Shown here: piece after piece, positions 1 to 9,805 of the stretch
How positions within the stretch are numbered: the first letter of the stretch is position 1
How the letters are laid out: the number at the start of each line of letters is the position of its first letter
Assembly (NCBI GenBank): GCA_044070495.1
Contig: JBIPSI010000044.1
Span: 1 to 32,169 of the forward strand
Reading direction: 5' to 3'
Length of the DNA: 32,169 bases
Source of the DNA: Spirulina sp.
GTDB lineage: Bacteria > Cyanobacteriota > Cyanobacteriia > Phormidesmidales > Phormidesmidaceae
Position numbers and translations under genes: made by a program
The notes under the pieces: generated by a model
Database searches by the model: none
What the model was told of the DNA's origin: nothing
The model's input: only the letters and a program-made list of their open reading frames with translations

Positions 1-138
1 TGTCGTCGCCTCAATGTCGATTACGAGCGCTTACCCGAATCCTCGGAGGCCTTCATTCACATCGCCATGATTCGCATCATGCTACGGAGGCTCGCGTGAG
101 GGGTTTAATACCTCATCTCCGTGTTTTTAAATATCCTC
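1..138 (+). mobile_element. IS5-family insertion sequence, 3' end (transposase C-terminus 1..99 and right inverted repeat ending at 138)
   Basis: 1..99 reads CRRLNVDYERLPESSEAFIHIAMIRIMLRRLA*, typical of IS5 (IS1031-like) transposase C-termini. TTTTTAAATATCCTC (124..138) is an imperfect inverted copy of GAGGATATTTGGAAA at 31993. Followed by TGA. Confidence 0.88.
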
Positions 139-235
139 TGAAGCATACTCACGGTTTCGGATTGGGTTTGTTGGATATTGGGACTATACTGTCCTAAATG
201 AATCTGATTCGGATACTTAGATTCAGCGGTAGTCG

Positions 236-481
236 CTATTTCGTAGTAAGTGTTCCATTCAAAAAATCTATAGTATCTTCTAGTTCACCTGCTTGAAATC
301 GTTGGTAGAAATCCTCGGATGACATTTGATAGTGTTCTTCAAACTGCTTCAATCGAAGCTTTAAATTCTGAACTTGCCCTGAGACTGAGGCTTTCTGAAG
401 TTTGTGGTCTAGGGATTGCCGTTCTTCGTCAGATAGCGAAAGAATGATCTGCGCTAAGGACTCCACTAATTTTTGATTCAT
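236..481 (-). pseudogene. small antitoxin-like protein, probable frameshift near the C-terminus
   Basis: RLKQFEEHYQMSSEDFYQRFQAGELED resembles small antitoxin-like proteins that end in D-F-x-E-W. One extra T in the T-run near 261-266 gives ...IDFFEWNTYYE. Confidence 0.5.
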
Positions 482-512
482 AGAATATCTTCAAAACACA
501 GCATTAGGCTAT

Positions 513-919
513 CTATGGCGACTTGGGCTTAATCTCAAATTCCATTTTGGAACGGTAGAAACATACATCAAATTCCATGAAAAAGTTTGTCTGCCCTAAA
601 ATGAGAGGTGCATCCTGGCTTCTTGTCCAAGCAAACGCTAGTCGGACTGGTGCAATATCCCCAACTTGAGCCATCGCAAAGAAAGGCATGGCAGGCTGGG
701 TACTCAAGTTGCCAGCTAGTTGAATGATTGCCTTATTGTCGTCCCAAATGGCTCCTAAGCGTAGCCCCAAGTATAGGGCATCACATTGATAGTTGCGCCG
801 CTGTCAACTAGGGCAATCGCTTCAACGGTTTGACCCTCACGACGAAGAATGAGCGGTACCCTTGGCAAGCTATCGAATTCGTCTTGGGATGAATCAGTGG
901 TGGAGTAGCGAAAACGCAT
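513..919 (-). pseudogene. retropepsin-like aspartyl protease, 1-bp frameshift
   Basis: ATG at 919 gives MRFRYSTT...VEAIALVDSGATINVMPY (DSGA catalytic motif). It continues in another frame as LGLRLG...PLILGQTNFF (ILG motif). Span 407 nt is one base short of a codon multiple; break near 771. Confidence 0.8.
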
Positions 920-925
920 GGTAAT

Positions 926-1135
926 TTAGACCTGATCCACTGATTCTAAAGCCTGCATCAAGGTAGCGCCCGCCCCAAAGCTGTTGTAAGGGGTCGGCAA
1001 ATCGTAGGTTTTGAAGGGTTCTAGGGGCGAAATATCCTCGGCTGCTTCTAGATCCTCTGCGAGAATCCGAATCAGTTTCAGCTTCTCGATAACGGAGAGT
1101 TGACGAACGGATGGAAGAACTTCAGACAACGTCAT
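926..1135 (-). CDS. small hypothetical protein (69 aa, MTLSEVLPSVRQLS...), putative partner of the aspartyl protease
   Basis: Internal ATG of ORF 926..1306 preceded by a GGAG ribosome-binding site. Stops 6 nt before the protease start. Confidence 0.65.
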   Translation of the reverse strand: MTLSEVLPSVRQLSVIEKLKLIRILAEDLEAAEDISPLEPFKTYDLPTPYNSFGAGATLMQALESVDQV

Positions 1136-1165
1136 ATTAGAGTCTCCAAGCTTAAAATCTTGTGC

Positions 1166-1306
1166 TTTGAGGGCTTTGATGTTGGGGTGGAATCGGGGAG
1201 TTTGCTCTAGCTGCTGCTGCAAACATCGAGCAATTTTCTTGGCTAGGGCTTTATCCGCATTAGCATAGCTTTTTTCGGCATCTGGGTGGAGGAGAACGTC
1301 ATACAT
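1166..1306 (-). pseudogene. RelE/ParE-family toxin, C-terminally truncated and fused in frame to the next gene
   Basis: MYDVLLHPDAEKSYANADKALAKKIARCLQQQLEQTPRFHPNIKALK matches a RelE N-terminal half. The usual YRxRxGDYRxxY half is absent. Overlaps the upstream gene by 8 nt. Confidence 0.72.
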
Positions 1307-1577
1307 CGGAGCGAAGGGTTCTCCATGAGGTGTAATGCGCTTTAGGAGTCGCTTGGTTTTGCTGAATGCGCTCTAACAGCCCAGGAATGGCCAAAAGTTC
1401 TTGGGTAGCGGCTTCACTTTCGGCGTTTGCTAGGTAAGCGGCAAAATCAGCTAGTACTTGTAGGCGCTCTGGTGAAAGTTGTTTGAGGGAATCATTAAGC
1501 TGGCGTTGTAGTTCTGCTACGGATACTGCAACCACTGAATCCATATCTTCGACTGGGAAATTATCGGTAGAGTTCAT
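1299..1577 (-). CDS. putative antitoxin paired with the RelE-like fragment
   Basis: 92 aa, LSPERLQVLADFAAYL...EATQELLAIPG pattern. Translationally coupled (ATGTATGA) to the toxin fragment. Confidence 0.65.
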   Translation of the reverse strand: MNSTDNFPVEDMDSVVAVSVAELQRQLNDSLKQLSPERLQVLADFAAYLANAESEAATQELLAIPGLLERIQQNQATPKAHYTSWRTLRSDV

Positions 1578-1745
1578 GGCTATACCTACTCAGTAACTTC
1601 AGAGATTAAAAATATTAGAACAATCATGAAACATCTCGGTTAATTGCCTTATTGCGAATTCAACGAGACTAAGATTTTTGAATTATTGTAGTCATCTTCA
1701 ATAAGACCTGTATTTTGGAGGTGCCCCATAGCCAATATACTGGCT

Positions 1746-3857
1746 TTAGCAGCCAAATATCCCACCGAAAATAATCTCTAGTTCTGATATTTCTTGGCCA
1801 GCAACTATTAGCTTCTCGCATAGTGAGAGTCCGTCTTCTCGTGACATAATTTTGGAACATAATGATTGAGCTTTTGAAGGCTTGTCTGATCCGGTGACTG
1901 TAGATGGGTAGTATTCTTCGATAGCTCCTTTCTCAAGGATATAAACACCACTACTTCGGAGTTCTGAAATAAGCTCACGCTTCTTTGCTAAAATTCCAGT
2001 GTGGCTATGATCTTTTAGTACTTCGAGTCGCGGCTTCGAGCGTTCAAACAAGAAGATCTCATTTAATAGATCGACTACTAATTCATTGTTTCCATTTTTT
2101 CTAGCTTCAGTTAACTCTTTAAGTTTTGCCTCAAACCTTTGCTTCTGAATCTCCTCTCGAACAAGTTTTGGTTTCGGGTTGGGCTTTAAGTTCTCCGCAT
2201 CTATGACTGAATCAATCATAACGATCAAATCATTGCGAATATCTATCGCGACTTGGGTTGCCTCTAGCTTATCGAAACCATCGAGGAGAGTATCAAGATC
2301 TGCAATGAGTGAAATATCAATATCAAATCGGCTAAAAAAGCTTCGGTAGCGTTGAAAGCTCCCTTTCCCGGAACTCTTAATCAAGCTAGTTGATGTTGAT
2401 CTAAAGTCCCAATGAGGATTGAGTAATCGGGCTAGGTGTGGAAATACGATTAACTCGCTATCACCTTCGACAAGAACAATATGCCTGGAGAAAAACGCAT
2501 GATTGCTGCTTTCAAATGAGATTAATTGGAATTTATCCTTCTCATTCAGATCGCTTACATCAATATGCTTGCATAGTCCAACAGGCTTCTGTTCATCACC
2601 TAGACTCTTCTTATAGATCTTGACAAAAGTTGTTGTTTTATCTGCCGAGAAAAATATTGGCGAGTGAGTCGTCACGATTGTTTGGTGGCGACTAGAAATT
2701 AGCGATAACGCTTCAAACAAGATATTCTGAGCTCTAGGGTGTAAGTAGAGCTCAGGCTCTTCAAATAAGAAGAGAAATCGCTCCCGAACTGGTTTATCAT
2801 CATGGTCTTTACGCCAATCTTTGTCTTGAGAGAGTTGGACATATGTCCTCAAGATACTGAATGTTATCGCACGTTTAAATCCATCTCCCTTATTGTCAAT
2901 AGATCCCCGTACTCCATCATCAGCAAGCACAGATGCGTTGGATAGGACAGTTTTGATTTCAGGCGGTGGGATCTCAAGTTCGATCCGTACATCTCTGAAG
3001 GTTTCCTTCAGGTTGTGTTGGATAGTAGACTCGATTTTCTTAACCCTATCCATTCTTTCATCCAACACTGATCCATCGGGCTGCGGGATTCTATTAAGTT
3101 TTTTCCGTAAGTTGTCGAATGTCTCTGATGCCTCAGCTAAGTCATCTTCAATTACATTAAGAAGAATATTCAAGAGTTTGCCAAATGAAGCACCTTCTTT
3201 AGTTTTTAGGTCATCAATTAGATCTTTAACTGCGGGAATATATATGGGTTCGGGAAATATAGCTCTAATACTATTATCAATTCCAGTGGGTAACAAAATA
3301 TCTTCTGTCACCAGGTCTTCTGATGGCAAACTACTTATATACTCTGCAATGATCTCTTTTGCAGCCTTCTGAGTTGTAATAGAGGAAAGTGTGGCATCAT
3401 CACCAACTTCCGGATAGGAACATTTAAGTAAATTTGTAATTTCTTTGCCTTTTTTGCCAGCAAAGAAAGTATTTAGATGATCCTCACGATACTTTGGATT
3501 TTTAGGTACATTTGTAACAACGCGTAATTTGGATGTGCCATCTATTGAGTATCTTCGGGCGAGTGTAAGTTCCTCATCTACTACATAGACTTCTATTTTT
3601 TTTCGATGGTCGTCTTCGAGTTTGCTCAACACATCGTCATCTATACCGCTTAGGTAAACGGTAATTAGAATGTCTTTGCTTGGGTCATAAAAAGCATCCT
3701 TAGACAATTTTGATCCGTTTATAAAGAGGAGAATCGTCTGTAATAGTGAAGATTTCCCCGCATTATTCTCGCCGACAACACACACGAAGTCAGAAAGTCT
3801 ACAGTCTGCCTCTCGGAGGCCTTTGTAATTGGTTACCGATACTTTGATGAGCTTCAT
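1746..3857 (-). CDS. OLD-family ATP-dependent endonuclease (ABC ATPase + TOPRIM)
   Basis: Walker A GENNAGKS, Walker B FLFLFEEPELYLHP, H-loop TTHSP, TOPRIM LVEGDSE and IADLD. GGAGG RBS upstream. AT-rich relative to the core. Confidence 0.9.
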   Translation of the reverse strand: MKLIKVSVTNYKGLREADCRLSDFVCVVGENNAGKSSLLQTILLFINGSKLSKDAFYDPSKDILITVYLSGIDDDVLSKLEDDHRKKIEVYVVDEELTLARRYSIDGTSKLRVVTNVPKNPKYREDHLNTFFAGKKGKEITNLLKCSYPEVGDDATLSSITTQKAAKEIIAEYISSLPSEDLVTEDILLPTGIDNSIRAIFPEPIYIPAVKDLIDDLKTKEGASFGKLLNILLNVIEDDLAEASETFDNLRKKLNRIPQPDGSVLDERMDRVKKIESTIQHNLKETFRDVRIELEIPPPEIKTVLSNASVLADDGVRGSIDNKGDGFKRAITFSILRTYVQLSQDKDWRKDHDDKPVRERFLFLFEEPELYLHPRAQNILFEALSLISSRHQTIVTTHSPIFFSADKTTTFVKIYKKSLGDEQKPVGLCKHIDVSDLNEKDKFQLISFESSNHAFFSRHIVLVEGDSELIVFPHLARLLNPHWDFRSTSTSLIKSSGKGSFQRYRSFFSRFDIDISLIADLDTLLDGFDKLEATQVAIDIRNDLIVMIDSVIDAENLKPNPKPKLVREEIQKQRFEAKLKELTEARKNGNNELVVDLLNEIFLFERSKPRLEVLKDHSHTGILAKKRELISELRSSGVYILEKGAIEEYYPSTVTGSDKPSKAQSLCSKIMSREDGLSLCEKLIVAGQEISELEIIFGGIFGC

Positions 3858-4038
3858 TAAGCCTCCATTTTGGTGGTCAACTACTTATTCAGCGTTGAAT
3901 ACGCTAGATAACCACCACAATGCTAGATATTATCTATCAGACCCACGGGATAACACCCCGATTTTAAGGATTTAATCATCATTCTTGCTATGTCGAGACA
4001 CAGCCCAATCTGGTAAAGAATGCTCCTACTCCCCCATT

Positions 4039-4204
4039 GCCGGGTGCTGCTCTAGCACCTTGGCCAAATACTTGCCCGTGTAGGAACCCGCCACCTGGGC
4101 CACCGCTTCCGGGGTGCCTTGGGCGATCAGTTCGCCGCCTCGGTCGCCGCCCTCTGGGCCGAGGTCGATAATCCAGTCGGCGCAGCGGATTACGTCGAGG
4201 TTGT
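4039..4204 (-). repeat. duplicated uvrA 3' end (direct repeat of 5036..5201)
   Basis: 166 bp aligned by eye at offset 997 with 5 mismatches. Encodes [23 protein letters not shown]...EQHPA, then a different tail (MGE* versus VG*). Confidence 0.95.
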
Positions 4205-4255
4205 ATTTGCCCATGCAGACGACATTACTCCTCCCCATTGACACACCTTTTCGAC

Positions 4256-4612
4256 TCAGGATCGCCATTGATTTAACCAGCCAACTTGCCTCAGCCAAGT
4301 ATCCGCCGTCGTCTCCTGCAACAAGCGATCCAGGGCATGGATCAGATTGGCCAAGCTCCAGCTACTCTGGGCCGCCAGGATAATGCCACTGTGTTCGGGA
4401 TATTGCACCGCCAGCGCTAGAAAATCTTTCACATTAAAGGTAAAAATACATCGGCCCTGGGCTGTTGCTTGCAGAAGCTGAGCTTTATCGCTGGCATCCT
4501 CTGGCATCCACGGGTTGGGGGTTCGGGTAACATCATGCCCACGGGCCAACAAGGCTGAATGCAAGGCTTTGATGGACGTATCTGCATCCAGGTGCAGTTT
4601 TAGGCTAGGCAT
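4256..4612 (-). CDS. DUF5615 family PIN-like toxin (VapC45-like)
   Basis: LKLHLDAD...GHDV...DASDKAQL...[12 protein letters not shown]...HSGII pattern. 8-nt overlap with the upstream DUF433 gene. Confidence 0.85.
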   Translation of the reverse strand: MPSLKLHLDADTSIKALHSALLARGHDVTRTPNPWMPEDASDKAQLLQATAQGRCIFTFNVKDFLALAVQYPEHSGIILAAQSSWSLANLIHALDRLLQETTADTWLRQVGWLNQWRS

Positions 4613-4988
4613 GGGATGCCTCGATGGCAGCCTCTAGGGCCATCGCACCATCTATCTCGGCTTGGTTCGCCGCATAGAAGGCGAGGGCATCATCAATTTG
4701 AGGGATACTCAGGTTGTATTCCTCAGCCAGTTGTTCCTTGGTAAGACCCCACTGGTGGAAGGCGATGGCGAGGGTTTGTATCCGAATGCCCGTACCCGCT
4801 ACCACGGGCACGGGTTGGCCGCTGGCTCCCTGGCAATAGGCTACGTTGGGAAATGTCGGATCGGTGGCCTGATGCAAGAATTTCGCCAAAAGCTGAAGGG
4901 TCATGGCTTCAACCGACAGCCCGTGTTGCGCGGCTTCTTTTGCTAAGCGTTGCTCTAATTCGGGGGGAAGATCGAGGGTTAAGGTCAT
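4605..4988 (-). CDS. DUF433-domain antitoxin with N-terminal ribbon-helix-helix-like segment
   Basis: PVVAGTGIRI...GLTKEQLAEEYNLSIPQIDDALAFY is DUF433-like. N-terminus MTLTLDLPPELEQRL is CopG/RHH-like. Confidence 0.82.
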   Translation of the reverse strand: MTLTLDLPPELEQRLAKEAAQHGLSVEAMTLQLLAKFLHQATDPTFPNVAYCQGASGQPVPVVAGTGIRIQTLAIAFHQWGLTKEQLAEEYNLSIPQIDDALAFYAANQAEIDGAMALEAAIEASHA

Positions 4989-5025
4989 CGTTCTACCAGG
5001 CTATATGGCTTCCATGGTAGCGCCC

Positions 5026-8000
5026 CTATCCCACCGCCGGATGCTGCTCTAACACCTTGGCCAAATACTTGCCCGTGTAGGAACCCGCCACCAGGGCCAC
5101 CGCTTCCGGGGTGCCCTGGGCGATCAGTTCGCCGCCTCGGTCGCCGCCCTCTGGGCCGAGGTCGATAATCCAGTCGGCGCAGCGGATCACGTCGAGGTTG
5201 TGTTCAATCATCAGCACCGAGTTGCCCTTGTCTACCAGGCGTTGCACCACGTCGAGGAGTTTGTGGACATCGTAGAAGGAGAGTCCGGTGGTGGGTTCGT
5301 CGATCAGGTAGAGGGTTTTTCCGGTGGAGCGGCGGGCCAGTTCGGAGGCGAGTTTCATCCGTTGGGCTTCGCCGCCGGAGAGGGTGGGGGCGGTTTGGCC
5401 GAGGCGAATGTAGCCCAGGCCCACGTCTACCATGGTTTGTAGGCGGCTGGCGGCCTGGGGGATGTTTTCAAAAAACGCCAGGGCTTCTTCGGCGGTCATG
5501 TTCAGCACGTCGGAGATGTTTTTGCCCTTGTAGGTCACTTGCAGGGTTTCGCGGTTGTAGCGGGCACCCTTGCACACCTCGCACTGCACATAGACATCGG
5601 GCAGGAAGTTCATTTCAATCACGTTCACGCCCTGGCCACCGCAGGCTTCGCAGCGTCCGCCCTTGACGTTGAAGGAAAACTGCCCCGCCTTGTAGCCCCT
5701 GGCCTTGGCCTCGATGGTTTCGGTGAACAGGTTGCGGATTACGTCGAACACGCCCGTGTAGGTGGCGGGGTTGGAGCGGGGGGTGCGGCCAATGGGGGAT
5801 TGGTCGATGACAATGACTTTATCCAGCGCCTTGAGGCCGTCCAGCTTTTCCAGGTCTTTGGGGAAGGGGACTTTGCTGCCAAAGTGGTGTTGCAGGGCAG
5901 GGTAGAGCAGTTCGTTGATCAGGGTGGATTTGCCGGAGCCGGACACGCCCGTAATGCAGACCAGTTTGCCCAGGGGAATCTCGACATCCAGGCTTTTTAG
6001 GTTGTTGCGGTGGGCATTTTTGAGGGTCAACGCCCGCCCATTGCCCGGTCGCCGTTCTGCCGGGGTGGGGATGCTGCTTCGCCCGGAGAGGTACGCGCCC
6101 GTGAGGGAATCCTTAGCCGTCATCAACGCCTTCAGGTCGCCCTCAGCCACGATGGAGCCACCGTGGATACCCGCCCCAGGGCCAATATCCACCAGGTGAT
6201 CGGCGGCGCGGATGGTGTCTTCGTCGTGCTCCACCACGATCAGGGTGTTGCCCAGATCCCGCAGGCGGGTGAGGGTGTTGAGCAAGCGGTCGTTGTCGCG
6301 CTGGTGTAGGCCGATGCTGGGTTCATCCAACACGTAGAGCACCCCCGTTAGGCCAGAGCCGATCTGGGTGGCCAGCCGAATGCGTTGGGCTTCTCCACCA
6401 GAGAGGGTCATGGCGGTGCGGTGCAGGGTGAGGTAATCCAACCCCACATCCATCATGAATTGCAGACGGGCGCGGATCTCCCGCAGCACCAGTGCCCCAA
6501 TTTGCAGTTGGCGGGCCGAGAGTTTTGGAGAATCACCCTCTTCGCCGACCAGGGTGCGAATGCGCTTCAGGCATTCCCGAATCGAGACATTGGTGAGGTC
6601 GCTGATGGAATGGGGGCCAATACGGACGGCGTTGGATTCGGGCTTGAGGCGGGTGCCGTGGCAGACTTCGCAGGTTTGATCCACCAGGTACTTCTCTAGC
6701 TTTTGCTTGTAGAGTTCTGAGGTGGTTTCCTTATATTGTCGATCTAGGATGGGCAAAACGCCCTCGTACTGGCGATAGTAGCCCTTGCGATCCCGGTAGC
6801 GGGAATCGGACTCAATATAAATCTTCTCTTCGCTGCCGTGGAGGACGATGTGCTGTTGTTCGGGGGTGAGGCTGTCCCAGCGGGCTTGGATTTCAAAGCC
6901 AAAGGCTTGGCCGACGCTGTAGAGCAGCGAGAAATAGTAGGTGTTGTCCTTTTCCGACCAGGGGGCGATGGCGGCGTAGACAGGCAGAGTGGGGTCGGGC
7001 ACCACCAAATCCGCCGAAAACGTCCGCAAACTGCCCAACCCGTGGCAGTGGGGACAAGCTCCGTAGGGCGAGTTGAAGGAAAACAACCGGGGGGACAGTT
7101 CCTCCATCACCGCCCCATGTTCGGGACAGGCGAAGTTTTCCGAAAAGACCAGTTCCTTCGGCAAAGTGTCCGCCAACGCCTGACCATAGCTGCCCCCGGC
7201 TTCTGCTGCCTGGGGTGTCCGATCCGGCAGACGATCCGACAGGGACACCACATTATCCTTAGCGACCGCTTCTCCGGTGCCCGATTCCTGATTCTTGTCG
7301 GCCAGAATGTCGATCACCGCGATCCCCTCCGACCGCTTTAGGCAGGTGGCCAGGGAATCCGCCAGTCGCTCTTGCAGACCGTCTTTCTTCACCAGACGAT
7401 CAACGACCACTTCGATGTGGTGGCTGTGGTTTTTGTCGAGTTCAATATTATCGGTAAGTTCGCGGATTTCCCCATTCACCCGCACCCGCACAAAGCCTTC
7501 TGACGCAAGGCTAGAGATCAGTTTTTTATGGGTGCCCTTCTTCCCTCGAACGACGGGGGCGAGGATCTGAAACCGCGTCCGATCCGGCAGGGCCATCACC
7601 CGGTCGATCATTTGGTCGATGGTTTGGGGCGAAATGCTGCGATCACAGTGGGGACAGTGGGGTTCTCCCGCTCGTCCGTAGAGCAGACGCAGATAGTCGT
7701 AGATTTCCGTCACCGTGCCCACGGTGGAGCGAGGGTTATGGGAGGTGGATTTTTGGTCGATGGAAATAGCGGGACTCAGCCCCTCGATGGCATCCACATC
7801 GGGCTTATCTACCTGGCCGAGGAACTGCCGCGCATAGGCACTGAGGGATTCCACATAGCGGCGCTGGCCCTCGGCAAAGATCGTATCGAAGGCCAGGGAC
7901 GATTTGCCGGAACCCGACACCCCCGTGAACACAATCAGCCTATTGCGGGGAATCTCTAAATCCAGGTTCTTTAGGTTGTGTTGCCGCGCCCCTCGGATGC

Positions 8001-8214
8001 GGATCACGTTGTCATTCAGGGCAGAGTGGTGGTGAGCCAGCCCGGTGTGGCCGAGGTCAATCTCGGATTCCTGCGGGGTTTCTTGACCGTTGGCGGTTTG
8101 TTTACCGTTAGCCTTTTTTCCGTTGGTCTTACTATTGCTTGCCTTGCCATTGCTGGACGCTCGCCCGTTGCGAGGGGTGGCGGATTTCTTAGCGGCAGCG
8201 TCCGACTTAGGCAT
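5026..8214 (-). CDS. uvrA: excinuclease ABC subunit A
   Basis: Two GVSGSGKS Walker A motifs, LSGGEAQR twice, zinc-finger CxxC motifs, [13 protein letters not shown] near the start. Low-complexity N-terminal extension, so the exact start is uncertain. Confidence 0.98.
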   Translation of the reverse strand: MPKSDAAAKKSATPRNGRASSNGKASNSKTNGKKANGKQTANGQETPQESEIDLGHTGLAHHHSALNDNVIRIRGARQHNLKNLDLEIPRNRLIVFTGVSGSGKSSLAFDTIFAEGQRRYVESLSAYARQFLGQVDKPDVDAIEGLSPAISIDQKSTSHNPRSTVGTVTEIYDYLRLLYGRAGEPHCPHCDRSISPQTIDQMIDRVMALPDRTRFQILAPVVRGKKGTHKKLISSLASEGFVRVRVNGEIRELTDNIELDKNHSHHIEVVVDRLVKKDGLQERLADSLATCLKRSEGIAVIDILADKNQESGTGEAVAKDNVVSLSDRLPDRTPQAAEAGGSYGQALADTLPKELVFSENFACPEHGAVMEELSPRLFSFNSPYGACPHCHGLGSLRTFSADLVVPDPTLPVYAAIAPWSEKDNTYYFSLLYSVGQAFGFEIQARWDSLTPEQQHIVLHGSEEKIYIESDSRYRDRKGYYRQYEGVLPILDRQYKETTSELYKQKLEKYLVDQTCEVCHGTRLKPESNAVRIGPHSISDLTNVSIRECLKRIRTLVGEEGDSPKLSARQLQIGALVLREIRARLQFMMDVGLDYLTLHRTAMTLSGGEAQRIRLATQIGSGLTGVLYVLDEPSIGLHQRDNDRLLNTLTRLRDLGNTLIVVEHDEDTIRAADHLVDIGPGAGIHGGSIVAEGDLKALMTAKDSLTGAYLSGRSSIPTPAERRPGNGRALTLKNAHRNNLKSLDVEIPLGKLVCITGVSGSGKSTLINELLYPALQHHFGSKVPFPKDLEKLDGLKALDKVIVIDQSPIGRTPRSNPATYTGVFDVIRNLFTETIEAKARGYKAGQFSFNVKGGRCEACGGQGVNVIEMNFLPDVYVQCEVCKGARYNRETLQVTYKGKNISDVLNMTAEEALAFFENIPQAASRLQTMVDVGLGYIRLGQTAPTLSGGEAQRMKLASELARRSTGKTLYLIDEPTTGLSFYDVHKLLDVVQRLVDKGNSVLMIEHNLDVIRCADWIIDLGPEGGDRGGELIAQGTPEAVALVAGSYTGKYLAKVLEQHPAVG

Positions 8215-8418
8215 ATTGGGGGGCTTCGTGACAATGCTTTACCAATTTAACATTTATATACACAGGCGCAGGGTTTGGCCTGAGGGAGAGCCACCTACCC
8301 AGGCGATGGGATCTAGGAGTAACAGTTTCCCCAAGATGGGGTTCGGTATCCCCGTCCCCCCAGGGCTGCGGTCTTGTGGAACAATTTGGGGTAATGCAAA
8401 CCACGGCCATGCCGACTG

Positions 8419-9645
8419 TTGTGCGTAAAAGGGCTTGAACCGTTGAACCAGAGACGTTTGAACCAAAGGCGTTTTATCCCAACCCCGTGGCCCCAAGGGC
8501 TATGGGCTTCCCTAAAGCGCTGGCTGCTGGTGGGGATGGCCAGTTTGATCGCCCTGGTGGCGATGCCCAGTGCCCCAGCCCAGGCCCAGACCCAGAGTGC
8601 TGCCACTGCCGCCATTGGCAACGAAAGCTTTGTGGCTAGGGCAGTGCGTCGGGTGGGGCCAGCGGTGGTGCGGATTGACACCGAAAAGACCATCACCCGC
8701 CAGACCTCGGATCCCTTTATGGATGATCCCTTCCTGCGCGACTTTTTCGGTGGCTTTCCCCGCCAACCCCAGGAGGAACGCCTGCGCGGCCAGGGGTCGG
8801 GCTTCATCATCGACGAAACGGGCAACATTCTTACCAATGCCCATGTGGTCAATGGCGCGGATCGCGTGGTGGTCACCCTTAAGGATGGCCGCAGCTTTGA
8901 GGCCATCGTGGAAGGGGTGGATGAGGTCACCGATCTAGCCGTGGTCAAAATTGACGATACCGAAGGAGATACCCTACCCGTGGCTGCCCTGGGCGATTCT
9001 GACCAGGTGGAAGTCGGCGATTGGGCCATCGCTGTGGGCAACCCCCTGGGCCTAGACAACACCGTCACCCTGGGCATCATTAGTACCCTCAAGCGGTCGA
9101 GCAATTCCGTGGGCATTCCCGGCAAGCGCCTGGAGTTCATCCAAACCGATGCCGCCATTAATCCTGGCAATTCTGGTGGCCCCCTGGTGAACCAGCAGGG
9201 CGAAGTGATCGGCATTAACACCGCCATTCGGGCCGACGCCATGGGCATTGGCTTTGCCATTCCCATCAACAAAGCCAAGGAAATTAAAGACATGCTGGCC
9301 CGTGGGGAAGCCATCGCCCACCCCTACATTGGGGTACAAATCGCCAACCTCACGCCCGACATGGCCCAGCGCAACAATGCCGATATCAATTCCGGCATTT
9401 TCCTCCCAGAAGTGGAGGGTGTGCTGGTGATTCGCGTCCTAGAAGGCACCCCCGCCGCCGATGCCGGACTGCGCCGAGGGGATGTGATTCTAGAAGTAGA
9501 TGGCGACCCCATCCGCAGTGCCGATGCCCTACAAATCAAAGTCGAGAATACCCGCATCGGCGATACCCTACAACTGAAGATTCAGCGCGGCGAACGGCCC
9601 CTTACCCTGCGCGTCAAAACTGCCGAACTGCAAGAGGCCGATTAG
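8419..9645 (+). CDS. hhoA: HtrA/DegQ-family serine protease with one PDZ domain (start may be downstream)
   Basis: TNAHVV, DLAVV, GNSGGPL catalytic triad motifs, N-terminal signal peptide, C-terminal PDZ. Orthologue name from recalled similarity to cyanobacterial HhoA. Confidence 0.88.
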   Translation: MCVKGLEPLNQRRLNQRRFIPTPWPQGLWASLKRWLLVGMASLIALVAMPSAPAQAQTQSAATAAIGNESFVARAVRRVGPAVVRIDTEKTITRQTSDPFMDDPFLRDFFGGFPRQPQEERLRGQGSGFIIDETGNILTNAHVVNGADRVVVTLKDGRSFEAIVEGVDEVTDLAVVKIDDTEGDTLPVAALGDSDQVEVGDWAIAVGNPLGLDNTVTLGIISTLKRSSNSVGIPGKRLEFIQTDAAINPGNSGGPLVNQQGEVIGINTAIRADAMGIGFAIPINKAKEIKDMLARGEAIAHPYIGVQIANLTPDMAQRNNADINSGIFLPEVEGVLVIRVLEGTPAADAGLRRGDVILEVDGDPIRSADALQIKVENTRIGDTLQLKIQRGERPLTLRVKTAELQEAD

Positions 9646-9717
9646 TAGAACGAAGTCAATCAATCCCGTTTTCGGGTGCCGTTCGGTGTAGTCACAGCGC
9701 ACTGTTTTCCAAGGATT

Positions 9718-9749
9718 GGATGCGTTACGCTAGCGTTAACTCATCCCAC
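9718..9749. repeat. degenerate REP-like palindrome
   Basis: GGATGCGTTA-CGCTAGCG-TTAACTCATCC followed by CAC, an imperfect hairpin resembling GTAG-type REPs on the minus strand. Confidence 0.5.
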
Positions 9750-9805
9750 GAATCATCAGGTTTAGTTTTGGTTGTTTAACGGACTTTTTTTAGGAGATCT
9801 CTACC

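Noticed and set aside
1746..3857. Gabija or retron system
   Set aside because: No UvrD-like helicase or reverse transcriptase neighbour.
4026..4298. 90-aa ORF as a real gene
   Set aside because: It is the duplicated uvrA tail with an unrelated N-terminus overlapping the toxin gene.
4039..5201. Diversity-generating retroelement template/variable repeat pair
   Set aside because: No reverse transcriptase in the window, and mismatches are mostly synonymous and not confined to adenines of one copy.
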